Shown one piece after another: positions 35,605-48,129 of a stretch of DNA of 64,000 nucleotides. The DNA is taken from assembly GCA_963514005.1 (NCBI GenBank), contig OY740794.1, forward strand, positions 42,780,001 through 42,844,000, read 5' to 3'. Position 1 is the first letter of the stretch, and every line of letters begins with the position of its first letter. Source of the stretch: Raja brachyura (Eukaryota). Under the pieces are notes generated by a model, which made no database searches, was not told where the DNA came from, and saw only the letters and a list, made by a program, of their open reading frames with translations. Position numbers and translations under genes: made by a program.

Positions 35605-36184
35605 AGGGCCTGTCCTACCAGCATCTGATTCCATGCGATGAGCGCGATCAAACTAGAAGCGGGGGCCGCGCGGAGGTCGGGTGATCCCCTGTACAGGGCC
35701 GTTCCCACCAGCATGCGCCTGCATGCGGCAAGCGCGACTAAACTGGCAGCGAGGGCCGCGCGGAGGTCGGGTGAGTGGCGCAACGCGGCGCAAAGTGAGG
35801 CAAACATGGAGCGAAGTCTTAAGGTAAGTTCGCCAGGACAGAGAGGGGCACACAGAGAGGGGCACAGAGGCACGCACACACAGAGGGCCACGGAGCCACA
35901 CACATAGAGGGTCATGGAAGCACCTACAGATAGGTTCACGGAGGCACAATGTCGAGACGGTGTGCAATGCGTCGAGGCGACTGCGAGCCGACAAGCCGTT
36001 GCCGCGCGGAATTTTTGAACATAGTCAGTTTTTCGGAGCCCCGCGCGGTGTCGGGACGAACTCCGCACAATTCCGCACGGCTCCGGCAATAGATGTGGGA
36101 CCGGCCCCACGACGCCGGACGGCTCAAGCGACCACGTTAGGTCACGCTCATCGCATGGAGTTGCATGCTTGTAGGACAGGCCCT
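35605..36184. mobile_element. PIF/Harbinger-type MITE (same TIR family as 13147-13352)
   Basis: TIRs AGGGCCTGTCCTAC..GTAGGACAGGCCCT extending ~40 bp; flanks TGA/TAA; CpG-rich; internal 44-bp duplication. Confidence 0.8.
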
Positions 36185-36187
36185 TAA

Positions 36188-36630
36188 GTGATTGCATTGG
36201 AGTGGGTGCAGAGGAGATTCACCAGGATGTTGTTGTGGCTCGAGCATTTCAATTCTGTGGTGTGACTGAATAGGTTGTGTTTGTTCTTATTGGAGCAGTG
36301 AAGACTGAGGGAATTACCCTATTTTGAGCGGCACAGTTAGGGTAGATGGTGAGCAACCTTACCCCTCACAGAAGAGACGATGACAAGAGGTCATTGCTTT
36401 AAGGTAAAGGTGTGTAGACTTTGATGGGATTTAAGGAAGATTTGTTTTTACCCAGACAGTGGTTGTAAGTAGAACTTACTGGCCATGGGATAGTGGAGGC
36501 AGAGGCTCCCCTCAATGAGCAAGTGAATCTCCAGTGCTTAGAAGAAAACTGGATCAATATGGCAGGTATTTGTTGGCTAGCATGGACACAATGGGCCGAA
36601 TAGACAATTTCTGTGCTGCATGACCGTATG
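36188..36630 (+). mobile_element. Old CR1 LINE 3' fragment
   Basis: LEWVQRRFTRML..RLNRLCLFLLEQ*RLR.. plus GGGCCGAA tail. Confidence 0.7.
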
Positions 36631-37424
36631 ATAAAGCTGCTTGCCAAATCTTGAGTATGAAAATAGATACACGGATTGAGAGGGGGGAAAAGTGGCATTG
36701 AAGGAATATGAAACTCCTACTATTAAAATAGGTGCACAGTGGGTAATGGTATTTGCAGCCAATGGCTTGCACCCCGGCATGGGAATCACGACCCTGGTTA
36801 AACAGGAAGGCAAAGAAAAAACAAACAGAAAAGTGAAAGTAAAATTGCACAGATGATTATTTGGCATTGAATGGAACTGATTTTCATTCGAGTCATGCAG
36901 AGAGAGGTTTGTGCCTCATTAAATGGAGTGTTGAATTTGATTGTGTATAGGAGGGGGAAAGCCATTTCCTTGGTTTTCTTGGCCCAACAGTCTAAATCAA
37001 GCACGGTGGCCACCAACGGTGGTGTTTCTCACTTATAATGGAGTAGGTGCTGGAGCCATTAAGTTAACTGAAGCAGAGTGCAGTTTTATCTTTAAAAATT
37101 CATAGCTGTTGGTTGGTGTGAATTAACCGTCACGTTGCAGTGGGAATGTGGGAAAATTACAACCAAGGTCATCGGCAGGGCAATCAGATTCTGCTTCGAC
37201 TGGCTGAGAGGATTTTTTTTTAAATAAAGAAGCAGCACGACGGAAACGTTCTTCCTGGAGCTCTCTGGCTCTCTCTCACGCTTACTCTTTCTGTCATCCT
37301 CCCTCTCATTGCATTCATATGAAAGTTTTCATCACTATGCCTCGCACACGTTTACTAGTCACCGTGACTCCTTCAAATCACTCTGGCAGCTTCTGCTGTT
37401 GGTAACAGCCCTGACATTTGCCTA

Positions 37425-37939
37425 GACACAAAATGCTGGAGTAACTCAGCGGGACAGGCAGAGTCTCCAGAGAGAAGGAACAGGAATACTTTATTGTCGC
37501 ATGTGAGAAGACACAGTGAAATTCTTTGCTTGCATACCTAAATGTATACAAATAGCAGCCACCTACAGCGCTGCCAAAGTTACAAAGCACGCTGGCTCCT
37601 CCTTTTGTTCTCCCCCCTCCCCCCCACAGCGATTCCCCCACGCCAGGTCCCCATTGTCCTTTGTTCTCCCTCACGGTGGCCCTCCACGCTCTCATCGACC
37701 ATCGACTGCGGGTCGACCCACAAAGCATCGCCGCCGCCAAGGCCCCAAACGCCGGGAGGCCTCACCGCTGCTGCTGCTTCAGCGCCGCCAAGGAATGGGT
37801 GACGTTTCGGGTCCAGACCCTTCATCAGATGAATTGTCACCCATTCCTTCTCTCCAGTGATGCTGCCTGTCCTGCTCAGTCACTCCGGCATTGTGTGTCT
37901 ATCTTCGGTGTAAACCAGCATCTGCAGATTCTTCCTACA
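37425..37939. mobile_element. Penelope pLTR fold-back containing a nested Rex-tailed element
   Basis: 14-bp TSD CTGACATTTGCCTA at 37411-24 / 37940-53; intact minus-strand hammerhead at ~37801-37828. Confidence 0.82.
37481..37789 (-). mobile_element. Non-autonomous Rex-tailed retroelement
   Basis: TSD AAGGAA at 37475-80 / 37790-95; homologous to 47278-47545 and 63580-63720. Confidence 0.7.
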
Positions 37940-38581
37940 CTGACATTTGCCTATATGCTTTCTGCGAAAGATAAATTGCCTGTTTTGTTGTAGGTGAGGA
38001 ATGTGGAGGAGTCACTGTGGTGGATGTTTATGTTAAAATGTGTTTTATGTGTTCTATTGCTTTTTATTTGTATGATCTACTTGGCAAATGAAATTCCTCG
38101 TATGTTGCAAAACAAACTTGGATAATAAAGTATTATTGTGATTGCGATTGTATTAAATATGCTTGGAGTATATTGTAAAATCCTCACTGACGCATAAGAA
38201 TCCCTGGCTCATGACTATTGAAGACGTAGAGAGTGCCGTTGGGATGGCACTGAGCATCTCAGCGACAAAGGCATTAGCAGTGAAAGGAACATAACTCACT
38301 CTAAACCATTAAATGTTGAAAAGTTTCATTCTTTCATTTTTTATTTGTAAAGGTGAGTGATTGCCCAGTCAGAGTAAGATAGGATTTTTATCTTTGCTAT
38401 GTTGGGTTAGTTTTATGACCAGTTAGTAAGACATTCAACGTAATGCTGTCTAGAGCCTGCCTCTGGCCTCAACCTCTCCAAAGCCCAGGCCCTGTTTCTA
38501 AGCCTGTTTTAATCATATCTATAATCCCCCCATTCTAGACCTTTAAATCACTGAAAACATCCTTTACAACTTCCCTGTCCA

Positions 38582-38830
38582 GTTTAGTTTAGATTAGTTT
38601 TGAGATACAGCGCACAAACAGGCCAGTGATCCCCACATACTAATACTATCCTACACGCTGTGAACAATTTACAATTTTTACCGAAGCCAATTAATCTACA
38701 AACCGAAGCACCACGCGGCCAGGGGGAGAATGTACAAACTCCGTACGCATAGTACCTCTTAGTCAGGATCGAACCCGAGTCTCTAGCGCTGTAAGGCAGC
38801 AACTCTACCGCTGCGCCACCATGCTGTCCT
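38582..38830 (-). mobile_element. HE1-type V-SINE (internally deleted)
   Basis: Reverse-complement head and tail. Confidence 0.8.
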
Positions 38831-39334
38831 GTCATATGCCTTCTTAATTTTAAATGATTCTAATAAAAAATATAAAGTATTACTTTGTGGTCTCTCAAAG
38901 AATGAAAAGACCCAAGGTGAAGGAAGGGAATCTCACCTTGTTTTTGTACGCCTACTGGTGTTTTCTTTTCAGTTGTTGCCAAATTGTTGATTACAGTCAT
39001 TAAAAAAATGTCTTTAAGATTGTATTCACCTTAATTGTTACTTGAGCAAAATCAGTCTTTAATAGCATGGTCAAAAAGGACAACGGACCTGGAGTAGTTT
39101 TTGAAAGGTGGTGCCATTACTCGAGAGGAGGGGAGATGTGAGATTGTCATCAAGCGGCCCTTTTAGATTTACAACATTTTCTTGGCTTTTTCAAGGATTT
39201 ATTTTTATGGGATTTGCTATTTCATCAGGGTAGGTTTTCAGATGACAGAGATCAAAACTATGTTTGATTGTTTTCATAAGCTCAGAACCTTTGAGGTAGG
39301 CAGTAAGGACTTAGTCAGCTGCTTTAAACAGTTC

Positions 39335-39690
39335 CTCAGGGTTGAGGAGGACTTGCTTCCACCATAGTTCTGAGGTGGCTGAAGGATCCTGCGAGAGACC
39401 CTGGATTCTGCTACAGGCAGGGCAGTAGTTGCAGAACAAAGAGCTTTGGATGTTGTGTGAATGGCCTTCACCTAGTTCCAACGCTGATAGTCAAGGCCCT
39501 GTTTCTAAGCTTGTTTTAATCATATCTCAATTACTTCTTCTCCATTTTGATTGATCACCAGCCAGTAATTCTTGTGCTCAGTGGTGATAGAATTATTTTT
39601 TTCATGGAAACTTTGAGGACATCCTTTCTATTCCTTTGTCTTTGTGGAAGTCACTTCCCATGGGGGGGAGCTTGGAGAAAGTGCTCGGTT
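39335..39690 (-). mobile_element. RTE/BovB-like LINE 3' fragment
   Basis: Minus strand resembles the GQRKR(F)KDVLK RT end followed by an RTE-like 3' UTR. Confidence 0.55.
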
Positions 39691-39719
39691 AAGGAAAGAC
39701 GGTGCAAATAACAAAACAA

Positions 39720-40026
39720 CGGCACGGTGGCGCAATGGTAGAGCTACTGCCGTACAGCGCTAAAGACCCGGGTTCGATCCTGTCTATGGGTGCTGTCTGA
39801 ACTGAGTTTGTACGTTCTCCCCGTGACCTGCGTGTGTTTTCTCCGAGATCTTTAGTTTCCTCCCACACTCAAGATGTACAGGTTTGTAGGTTAATTGGCT
39901 GGGTATAAAAATGTATATAGTCCCTAGTGTGTGTCGGATGTGCAGGTATCGATGGTCGGTGTGGACTCGTTGGACTGAAGGGCCTGTTTCCGTGCCGTAT
40001 CTCTCAACTAAATTAAACTAAACTAA
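39720..40026 (+). mobile_element. HE1-type V-SINE
   Basis: GGCACGGTGGCGCAATGGTAGAG..GGGTTCGATCC head, core, tail. Confidence 0.9.
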
Positions 40027-41772
40027 CGGTGCAAAATCACAATTAGAAAACAGGTCCATGGTGATGTAAGAAGTGGGCCGCAGTGTTCTGCCACTGAAGT
40101 ATGAAGATTGATGACTGAAACTGAGTAACCCAAGCTGATTAGCTCCTGAGAGGAACTACAGAAGGTGAGTTATAGCAATGTAGCAAGGCAGATTGACAAA
40201 AGCATTAAGGTTTTGACAGAGCCTTGCCTGACACCAGTCTGTGTTGATATTGAGCCTTTGGTTCACTCGCTGGTTAAGATCATGTCAACGGGAGCTGAAA
40301 CAAGACAGAACATTTGTTATTGATGGCTGAATTGGAGAATAATGCTCCACAGTCCTTATTAACATTTTAAAAAAAGGCAATTTGACGAATCTCGCATTCC
40401 TTCTGCATATTTTTTGTTGGTGATTGTGCAATATTCGTTTAGGTCTTCTTGGTTGAGCTGTTTATATAGACAGTGCGTTGAGCAAATGAGCCTGTCTGCA
40501 TTTAGATGCACTTCTCTAATACTCTTCAGATTGCAGTTTTGGTTGTTGTGCTGTTTATTTGCACTCTTTAGATCACAGTGATAAGTTCAAACCCCGTTGC
40601 CATTCTATACGGTGCTGCCTTCACTCCACTACTGTAGTCTGTTCTGCTTCATGTTAATAATTTCTACAAGCACACTCGGGTGCCTTTTGTTCCTTTGTGC
40701 TGTACTGCAAAGGGTAACACAGTAACGTGATCAGCCTGAGATTTTACTTACTGCTTTCAGCTTGTAAGCATGGTTTATGTGTAATCCCATCATATCCCCT
40801 TGTTGACGGATATTGTGTACTGTATTTACCAGGCCGATGTATCGGTTTGGCAGCAGTCCAACATCGTCCAAATGTAAAATTTTCTGTGGAGTACTTGCTG
40901 ATAACAATTGATTATTTTTTTTGCTCTCTGGTTGAAAGCTATGGACTATTGGACATAGAGTTTTGATGGCAGATGGGTAGGGATAGGGGAAATCTTTCTC
41001 ATCTCACAGCTACCGGTAAGTGTTTCTGACAAAGCCAGTTTGACCTCACCTGAGACTTGAAGCTCCTAACGTCATCAAAAGATATGGTCAGTTAAATGGC
41101 TTTCAGTCTGATGGTTTTCACGTGAATCTTTGGTTTTAAATGCAGAAATATTTCTTAGGAGTTGCTTGTGTTTCTTTTACAGTCCCTGAACTAATCTCAT
41201 TGTGCTGGAGCACCACTATCTTTCCAAAGTGAAATGCTGGTGAAGAATAATTTTGTACAATATTTGCAGACCTGCAGTGTATCATCACCTTGAGGCCTGG
41301 TAGAGAAGGAATAATCAATAGTAAATCATAAATTATAAATAATCAGTTGTATGTTGTTGGCTAAAATGTGAGGAGTTAGCCTTTGAAAAATTAATTTGTT
41401 CTGTTTTGATTCTCTGTGGACAGAAAAGGCAATTGGCAAATGTTCATGTACACTGTGCCATTTTATAGGATATATGATCTCAGTGATTAGCGTTGGGATC
41501 ATTGGTTTCATTCTTACGGGTTAAGTGATGATTTAAGATGGGAATGTGAGATATTAAGGCAAATGTATAAGGCCACCAAAGAAAAAATAACCAAACACAA
41601 TGCACACAATTTCCAATTTGTTTTATCATTTTATAATTTGGTTATTAATGATCCCCTCTTTACCAGCTCATGCAAAGTCTCAAGTATTATTCCAGTCACT
41701 AATTGGTTCTCTTCCAGGTCCAAGTAAGTTCAGACAGTGGGGTTGAAGGTTGGCATCCAGCATGTCCAAATC

Positions 41773-42390
41773 GCAGCACAGTGGCACAGCTGGTAGAGCT
41801 CGGCCACACCGTGCTGGAGACACAGGTTTGATTCTGACCTCGGGCGCTGTCTGTGTCTTGTTTGCATGTTCTTCCTGTGACCACGTGGGTTTCCTCCGGG
41901 CGTTCCGGTTTCCTCCCACATCGCAAAGACGTGCTGGTTTGAAGGATAGTTGGCCTCTGTAAAAAATACCTCTAGTGTGCAGGAAGTCAATGTGAAAGGG
42001 GGATAGCACAAAACTTTAGACTTTAGAGATACAGCATGGAATCAAGGCCCTTCGGCCCACTGTGTCCATGCTAACCGGCAAACACCCCGTACACTAGCAT
42101 TATCCCACACAGTCGGGCCAATTTACAATTACAGAAGCCAAATAACCTACACACCTGTACGTCTTTGGAGTGTGGGAGGAAACCGGAGCACCCAGAGAAA
42201 ACACATGCAGTCACGTACTAACTCAGTATCGACAGCACCCGTAGTCAGGATTAAACTTAGGTCTCTGGCGCTGTAAGGCAGCAACTCTACCGCTGCCCCA
42301 CTGTCCTAGACCTAGTGTAAACGCGTGATCAATAGTCTGCAAGGACCTGGTGGACTGAGGGACCAGTTTCCATGCTGCATCTTTGAATAA
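41773..42390 (+). mobile_element. HE1-type SINE with an antisense HE1 copy (42013-42305) nested inside
   Basis: Plus head and core 41773-42010, minus copy, then the plus tail resumes at ~42309. Confidence 0.78.
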
Positions 42391-42441
42391 AAATTCAATC
42401 AAAAAGATGTACCCTGTTCCCTTTAATGTCACTCATGCAAT

Positions 42442-42837
42442 AAGCGATTTTGGTATTCCGAAAAACGCAAGGAATGGTGGGATTTGTTATAAGGTCGTAA
42501 GCTATAACGGTAAATAGATCTCAGCGCTATAGATACAGTGAGTATACTTTTGGTCCGATATTTTGTCTCTTTTCAGTGAGAGACCGGGGGGGGGGGGGGG
42601 GTGTGGGCGGGCGGGCACACAATGCAGCACCACCCTGGCCACCTCCAGACAGGGACGGGACATCGGGGAGGGGACGGGGACGGCTCAACAGCACCCGCAG
42701 CGACGGAGAGCCAACCCCGACCCCAACTACAGACGAAACGCAAGCCTGCACACAATGCAGCACCACCATTGCCAAGACTGTTTTATAGCTAGTGACCTCT
42801 GACATGGGCATGCGCAGTCGGAATACCGAACTCGCTT
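42442..42837. mobile_element. Non-autonomous DNA transposon, possibly PIF/ISL2EU-type
   Basis: Inverted termini AAGCGATTTTGGTATTCCGA / TCGGAATACCGAACTCGCTT (18/20), flanked by AT on both sides. Confidence 0.65.
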
Positions 42838-44426
42838 ATCCACAGGTTGATGTTTTGGCCAGCCATGTAGGCAGTTTCTCCAATATACCTACCGTCCTCA
42901 CCGCTGGTGTCAAACCATTGGCATACAGCAGCAAAGTCTGGTTTACCTTTTAGCTGTTGCAGTAATTTTCATTTTCAATGCTTCCCTTCACGGGCCTCAT
43001 ACTAATCATGCTTACATTGATTTTGTGCCACAGCACTATGTACTATATGTTCACCCTGGCTTTGGTTAATTGCCTCACCTGAAAGAAGCCACTTAGTACA
43101 GCCGAATGTTCCACTCCAGGGTTAGCATTAGTGAACGTCTCTGGTGTGGGGTGATCAACCTATGATTCCAGGGCAGAAACCGTGGCACCGATCCCAAGTG
43201 CCCAGCTGCAGTGAAGAGCAGCCACTTGGGGCCAGCAAGCCACGTTGACATGGGTGAGAGTTGAGTGTGATTGACTACTTGTTTGTTGGATCTGCATTGC
43301 TATTGTGTCCTGACAGGTAGGGGGGCTTTGCATTAAGGTTTCAGTTGACAGCAGGGGAGCTGCGCATTTGTTATCTGCTGCAATACTGTAATGTAAATGT
43401 ACCTTGAGAGCTTCACAAACAATGCAGTCGAGCAGCTGGCAGACAAGATTTTTAGCTCCCTATCAGCCACTCGCCGCTCTGTTTGTTTCCATTCAGCCAC
43501 CCGACATCTTGCAGCCTGCCTGCCTGCAGTTCCCTTCTGTTTTAATTAGTTAACTGCCAGTCTGCAGCTAGACTGTGCTTTCCATCTCCATTCCTTTCTC
43601 GGATCCATTGCCTCCAGTTGAATTTTAAACCACTCTGCCTTCATGTAAAAGGGCACTCAAGGTTTGAACGTGTCCAAAGTCATAACTTGTAAAGTGACAG
43701 GAAGGTGGTCTCAAGCTGGGTTTGGAACCACGTGGTATGTTTCTGCCGGTGACCGCTTGCTCGTTTAGATAAGTAAATGCGATGGCAAAAGAGCTTAACA
43801 TTCTGTTGCTGCACTTAAATGTGAAGTGCCTGAATGACTTGATCTGCAACGAGTTCAATTCTCGGTCAAGAAGAACCTTTTAGTTCTGTTTTGCATAATA
43901 CATTTGTGGCCTTATGTAAGAGTGAATTAGAGTCAAATATGCACATTATAACCATCAAAAAAAGAACAGACATTCATATGGTGTCATTTATATCCCTATG
44001 GCATAATATTGATAACATTGCAGCACAGCTACTATGTTAATGAGGAGAATATTGCATTTTGTTTCCACAACAGCAATGGAATAACTTACCTTTAACTTAA
44101 ATACAGATGGAAAAGACTGACTGGTCTGTGTGGGCTGTACCATATGGCTGAGTTTTTTTTAATGAAGTTGTTGGGATGTGGGTATCCCAACACTGGCAAG
44201 GCCAACGATTTTTGCCCATGCCTTGTATTGGCAATGTATGGTTCCCCCCACCTGGAGCAATGCAAACTCTCCTCCTCAACAAAGCAAATCAGGGAGACTA
44301 GCTTCTCATTTTCACACCCGAGTCGCACTAGCTTCTCATATTCACCTAACAACTCGACCCAAAACGTCACCCATTCCTTCTCTCCAGAGATGCTGCCTCG
44401 CCCGCTGAGTTGCTCCAGCTATTTGT

Positions 44427-45178
44427 GTCTATCATCTGAATGGTGACAGGTCAGGAAAAGGGGAAGTACAACGACACATAGATGTCCTAGTACATAAATC
44501 ACTGGAAGTAAGCATACAGGTACAACAGGCAGTGAAGAAAGCTAATGGATTTCATAACGAGAGGAGTTGAGTATAGGAGCAAAAAGGTCCTTCTGCAGTC
44601 GTACAGGGCCCTGGTGAGACCACACCTGAGTATAGTGTGCAGTTTTGGTCTCCAAATATTGGGGAAGGACATTCTTGCTATTGGGGGAGTACAGTGTAGG
44701 TTCACAAGGTTAATTCCCGGGATGGCTGGACTGTCATATGTTGAAAGAATGGAGCGACTAGGCTTGTATACACTGGAATTTAGAAGGATGAGAGGGGATC
44801 TTATAGAAACATATTAAATTATTTAGGGATTGGACACGCTAGATGCAGGAAACATGTTCCCGATGTTAGGGGAGTCCAGAACCAGGGACCACAGTTTAAG
44901 AATAAGGGAACAGTTTAAGCATTTAGAACTGAGATGAGGAAAAACGTTTTCGCACAGAGTTGTGAATTCTCTGCCTCAGAAGGCAGTGGAGGCCGATTCA
45001 CTGAATCCATTCAAAAGAGAGTTAGATAGAGCTCTTAGGGCCAGCGGAATCAAGGAGTATGGGGAGAAGGCAGGAACGGGGTACTGATTGTGGATGATCA
45101 GCTATGATCACATTGAATGATGGTGCTGGCTCGAAGGGCCGAATGGCCTACTCCTGCACCTATTGTCTATGTATCTAT
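44427..45178 (+). mobile_element. CR1/HER1 LINE 3' 750 bp
   Basis: ITRGVEYRSKKVLLQSYRALVRPHL..RRMRGDLIETY plus 3' UTR. Confidence 0.92.
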
Positions 45179-45384
45179 GATCAGGAAACCGGGATCTCTG
45201 CTGTTCGCGGCAGTAAAGCACTTGCCCAGTGTAATTTTGGATTGGGAAGATGATGACTATGACTGGCAACTAACCATTTTATTGACGATTTTCTAACTGG
45301 GTCTGATAATGCTCATCTTAATATTTGAGGAACAAATCGATTGCCATGTTCCTGCTGGATTATTGACCATGTGAAAATGCAAAC

Positions 45385-45595
45385 CTCCAGATTTAGGGAC
45401 AATTTCTTCCCAGCTGTTATCAGGCAACTGATTCATCCTACACAACTGGCTTTACCTTGAACTAAACATTATTCCCTTATCATGTATAAACACTGTAATT
45501 GGCTCGATTGTAATCACATATTGTCTTTCCGTTCGCTGGGTAGCCCGCAACAAAAGCTTTTCACGTGACCATAAACTAAACTGAACTGAACTGAA
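45385..45595 (+). mobile_element. Rex1/Babar 3' end
   Basis: RFRDNFFPAVIRQL then 3' UTR with (CTGAA)n tail; same UTR at 24170-24340 and 56452-56620. Confidence 0.7.
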
Positions 45596-46514
45596 TTCTG
45601 GGCACCCCTCTTTAGGAAAGATGCCCACACCGGAGAGGGTACAGAAGAGATGTATTTGATTTACAACAAGGATCAAGGCCATCAGTCGCATGGAGAAATC
45701 TGACAGGCGGTTCTCCTTGGAGCAGAGAAGATTAAGAGCAGATTTTATTCAGATGTTCTTTTGAATTGATGAGGCAGAACTACTTGCACTGGGAGGCATG
45801 TTTGAAGAGGACACAGACATAAGAAGATTAGCAAAGGAAGTGTTAAGTGTTTTTATTGTTATGATTCAGAATGCACTTCTCTGAATGGGTGATGGAAGCT
45901 GAATCAATGGTGCCCTGTTCACTTATCAACCCTTTGACATCTCCACTGGCTATATTCTTTAAAGCCAATTCAGTTTTGCAGCTTTTTAACAATCTTATTT
46001 ATAGGCACACGCTCATGTTATTATTTGCAACCCTATTCATTTAGGTGTGTGAGTGGACCAATTTCAGATGTTGCTAATTGAATTGTTGCTCATATTCAAG
46101 ATCCATTGTGCTTCCCTTGGACTGCTGAGATGCATCATTTGTGATGCAGTTTGATGTGTTCCTTGTCTGTGTCCGGGGGTGAATTAACGTTGCAACAACT
46201 CCTTGTTAATTTAGCCAGCGGAGGAGGGAAGAATCACGGTGGGGGTTGTCCTATCAGAGGATGAGCAATAATGTCATTAGCAGCAATTTGTCTCACACCA
46301 GCAGTTCTTCCACAGGCTCCATGTAATCAAATTATTCAGCACGTTCTAGTTTTATGATGTGATAACCAAAGGTAGCGCCGAGTCAGCTGGATGACTCTGG
46401 AGTGAGAGCGTGCAGAAAAATCCAATTAATAAACCAATTAATTGACTATTGAGACTGAAGCTTCGAGTCCCAACTCACTAATGTCACCTGTTCATTCACT
46501 CCAAAGATGCTAAG

Positions 46515-46697
46515 TGTGTAGAAAGAAACTGCAGATGCTGGGTTTGTACCAAAGGTAGATGCAAAATGCAGGAGTAACTCAATGGGTCAGGCGGCATCTC
46601 TGGAGAAAAGGGATGGGTAACATTTGAGGGTTCTGAACCGAAACATCACTCATAATTTTTCTTCAGAGATGACGTTTCGGGTCGAGACCCTTCTAGA
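46515..46697 (-). mobile_element. Penelope pLTR-derived repeat (rearranged)
   Basis: GAAAGAAACTGCAGATGCTGG..GGAGTAACTCA..GACGTTTCGGGTCGAGACCCTTC. Confidence 0.75.
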
Positions 46698-47277
46698 CAG
46701 CAGTGTTGCCTTTCGGAATCAAATTTTAAAACAACAATTTTCAATTTCCACAACAATTTTTAGACAGTTTCCTTCTCCTCACTCTTTCACTACTCCCCTT
46801 CACCCCTTCCTTTCCTGCAGCCTGCTATATGATCTTCCTGACCATGCTGTTGACAAGCTGAAATCCTTATCTCAGCCCATTATACCGGATATATTATATC
46901 TATGCACCTGTTGCTTTCAATCTACACTTTGCCCAGAGGCAACTCTACCAAATCCAGGTAAACAATCAATGCGGATTAAAGAACAGACAATTGACTGCAA
47001 ATATTACAGACACATCTTGCTCTGGGTTAAAATGTAATTAAAGGAGTGTGAATTATTATAAGGGACCCTGTCTTCCTTGAAAGGTATTGTTTATGTAATG
47101 TTGCTTCCATCTATGTATCAACACCTGTTGCAGGTACATCAATGGAAAAATGTGTCAAAACATATCACGCTGTTAATAACATCGTGGCAAGGACATAAAA
47201 TGGTTCTTTCTCCTGCTCGGATAAGAGTTTTCAAACATCTCCATTAAAGCTTTAGAGAACAAGGAGGGAGCCCAACG

Positions 47278-47545
47278 TGAGGGGGGGGGGGGGGTTGCCA
47301 AGGTCGGAGAGGTACCCGGTGTGTGTGGGGGGGTGAGGGGGCTGCCGAGAACAAGGGACCTGGTGTTGGGGGCCCGTCGGGACAGAGAGGGACAACATTG
47401 AACATTTTGTAACTTTGTCGACGCCCTAAATGTGGCAACTCGACGCCCTATATGTGGCATACTTTGTGTAAGGCACGCAAAACGAAGAATTTCACTGTGA
47501 CACGTCATATGTGACAATAAAGTAACATTCAGTCATTCATTCATT
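47278..47545 (+). mobile_element. Non-autonomous Rex-tailed retroelement
   Basis: Ends GAATTTCACTGTGACACGTCATATGTGACAATAAAG(CATT)n. Confidence 0.7.
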
Positions 47546-48129
47546 CTGTTGGGGTTATGTGCCTCAGTCAACCAGTGAGACCAGGTCTGGAACCCACACG
47601 GTTCTATTAATCGCCCCCGTCTGGGCCATGATTGCAGCCAGAGCTTTGGATGAGTGAGAATGCAATGGAAGCTTCTCTTAGTCGGAAGGCGTTTATGGTT
47701 TCTATTTTGCCCGTTGCTAACCTGTGTGAGAGACCAAATCTGTTTGCGATATACTTGATGAAGCACAAATAATTTAATCTGCCACAAGGCTGCAAAGAAA
47801 CAAAGAGTTCTCATTTCAGCCAGATTTAACTGACCTCATATTCTGGCTGAGCACATTACCGTTCCTGAGATTTAACGATGAATTCAAGAGTTTCAGAAAA
47901 TGTGTCTTTCCTGATTGTGTTCGAACTCGCCGGTTCTGATGAAAAGTCGTCGCTTGCAATGGAAGAAAGAAAAAAGCTACAAAGTGCTGGAGTAACTCAG
48001 CGGGTTAGGCAGCATCTCTGGAAAACATGATGTTAGATGACGTTTTGGGCCGGCACCCTCCTTCTGTGTCTGAAGAGGGCTTTCTCAGTGCTGCGGTTGG
48101 CCTATTCTAGCACAAAAGACTCTTCCCAG

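Noticed and set aside
39720-39795. tRNA gene-like A/B boxes (also in other copies)
   Set aside because: These are SINE heads continuing into the V-core, not tRNA genes.
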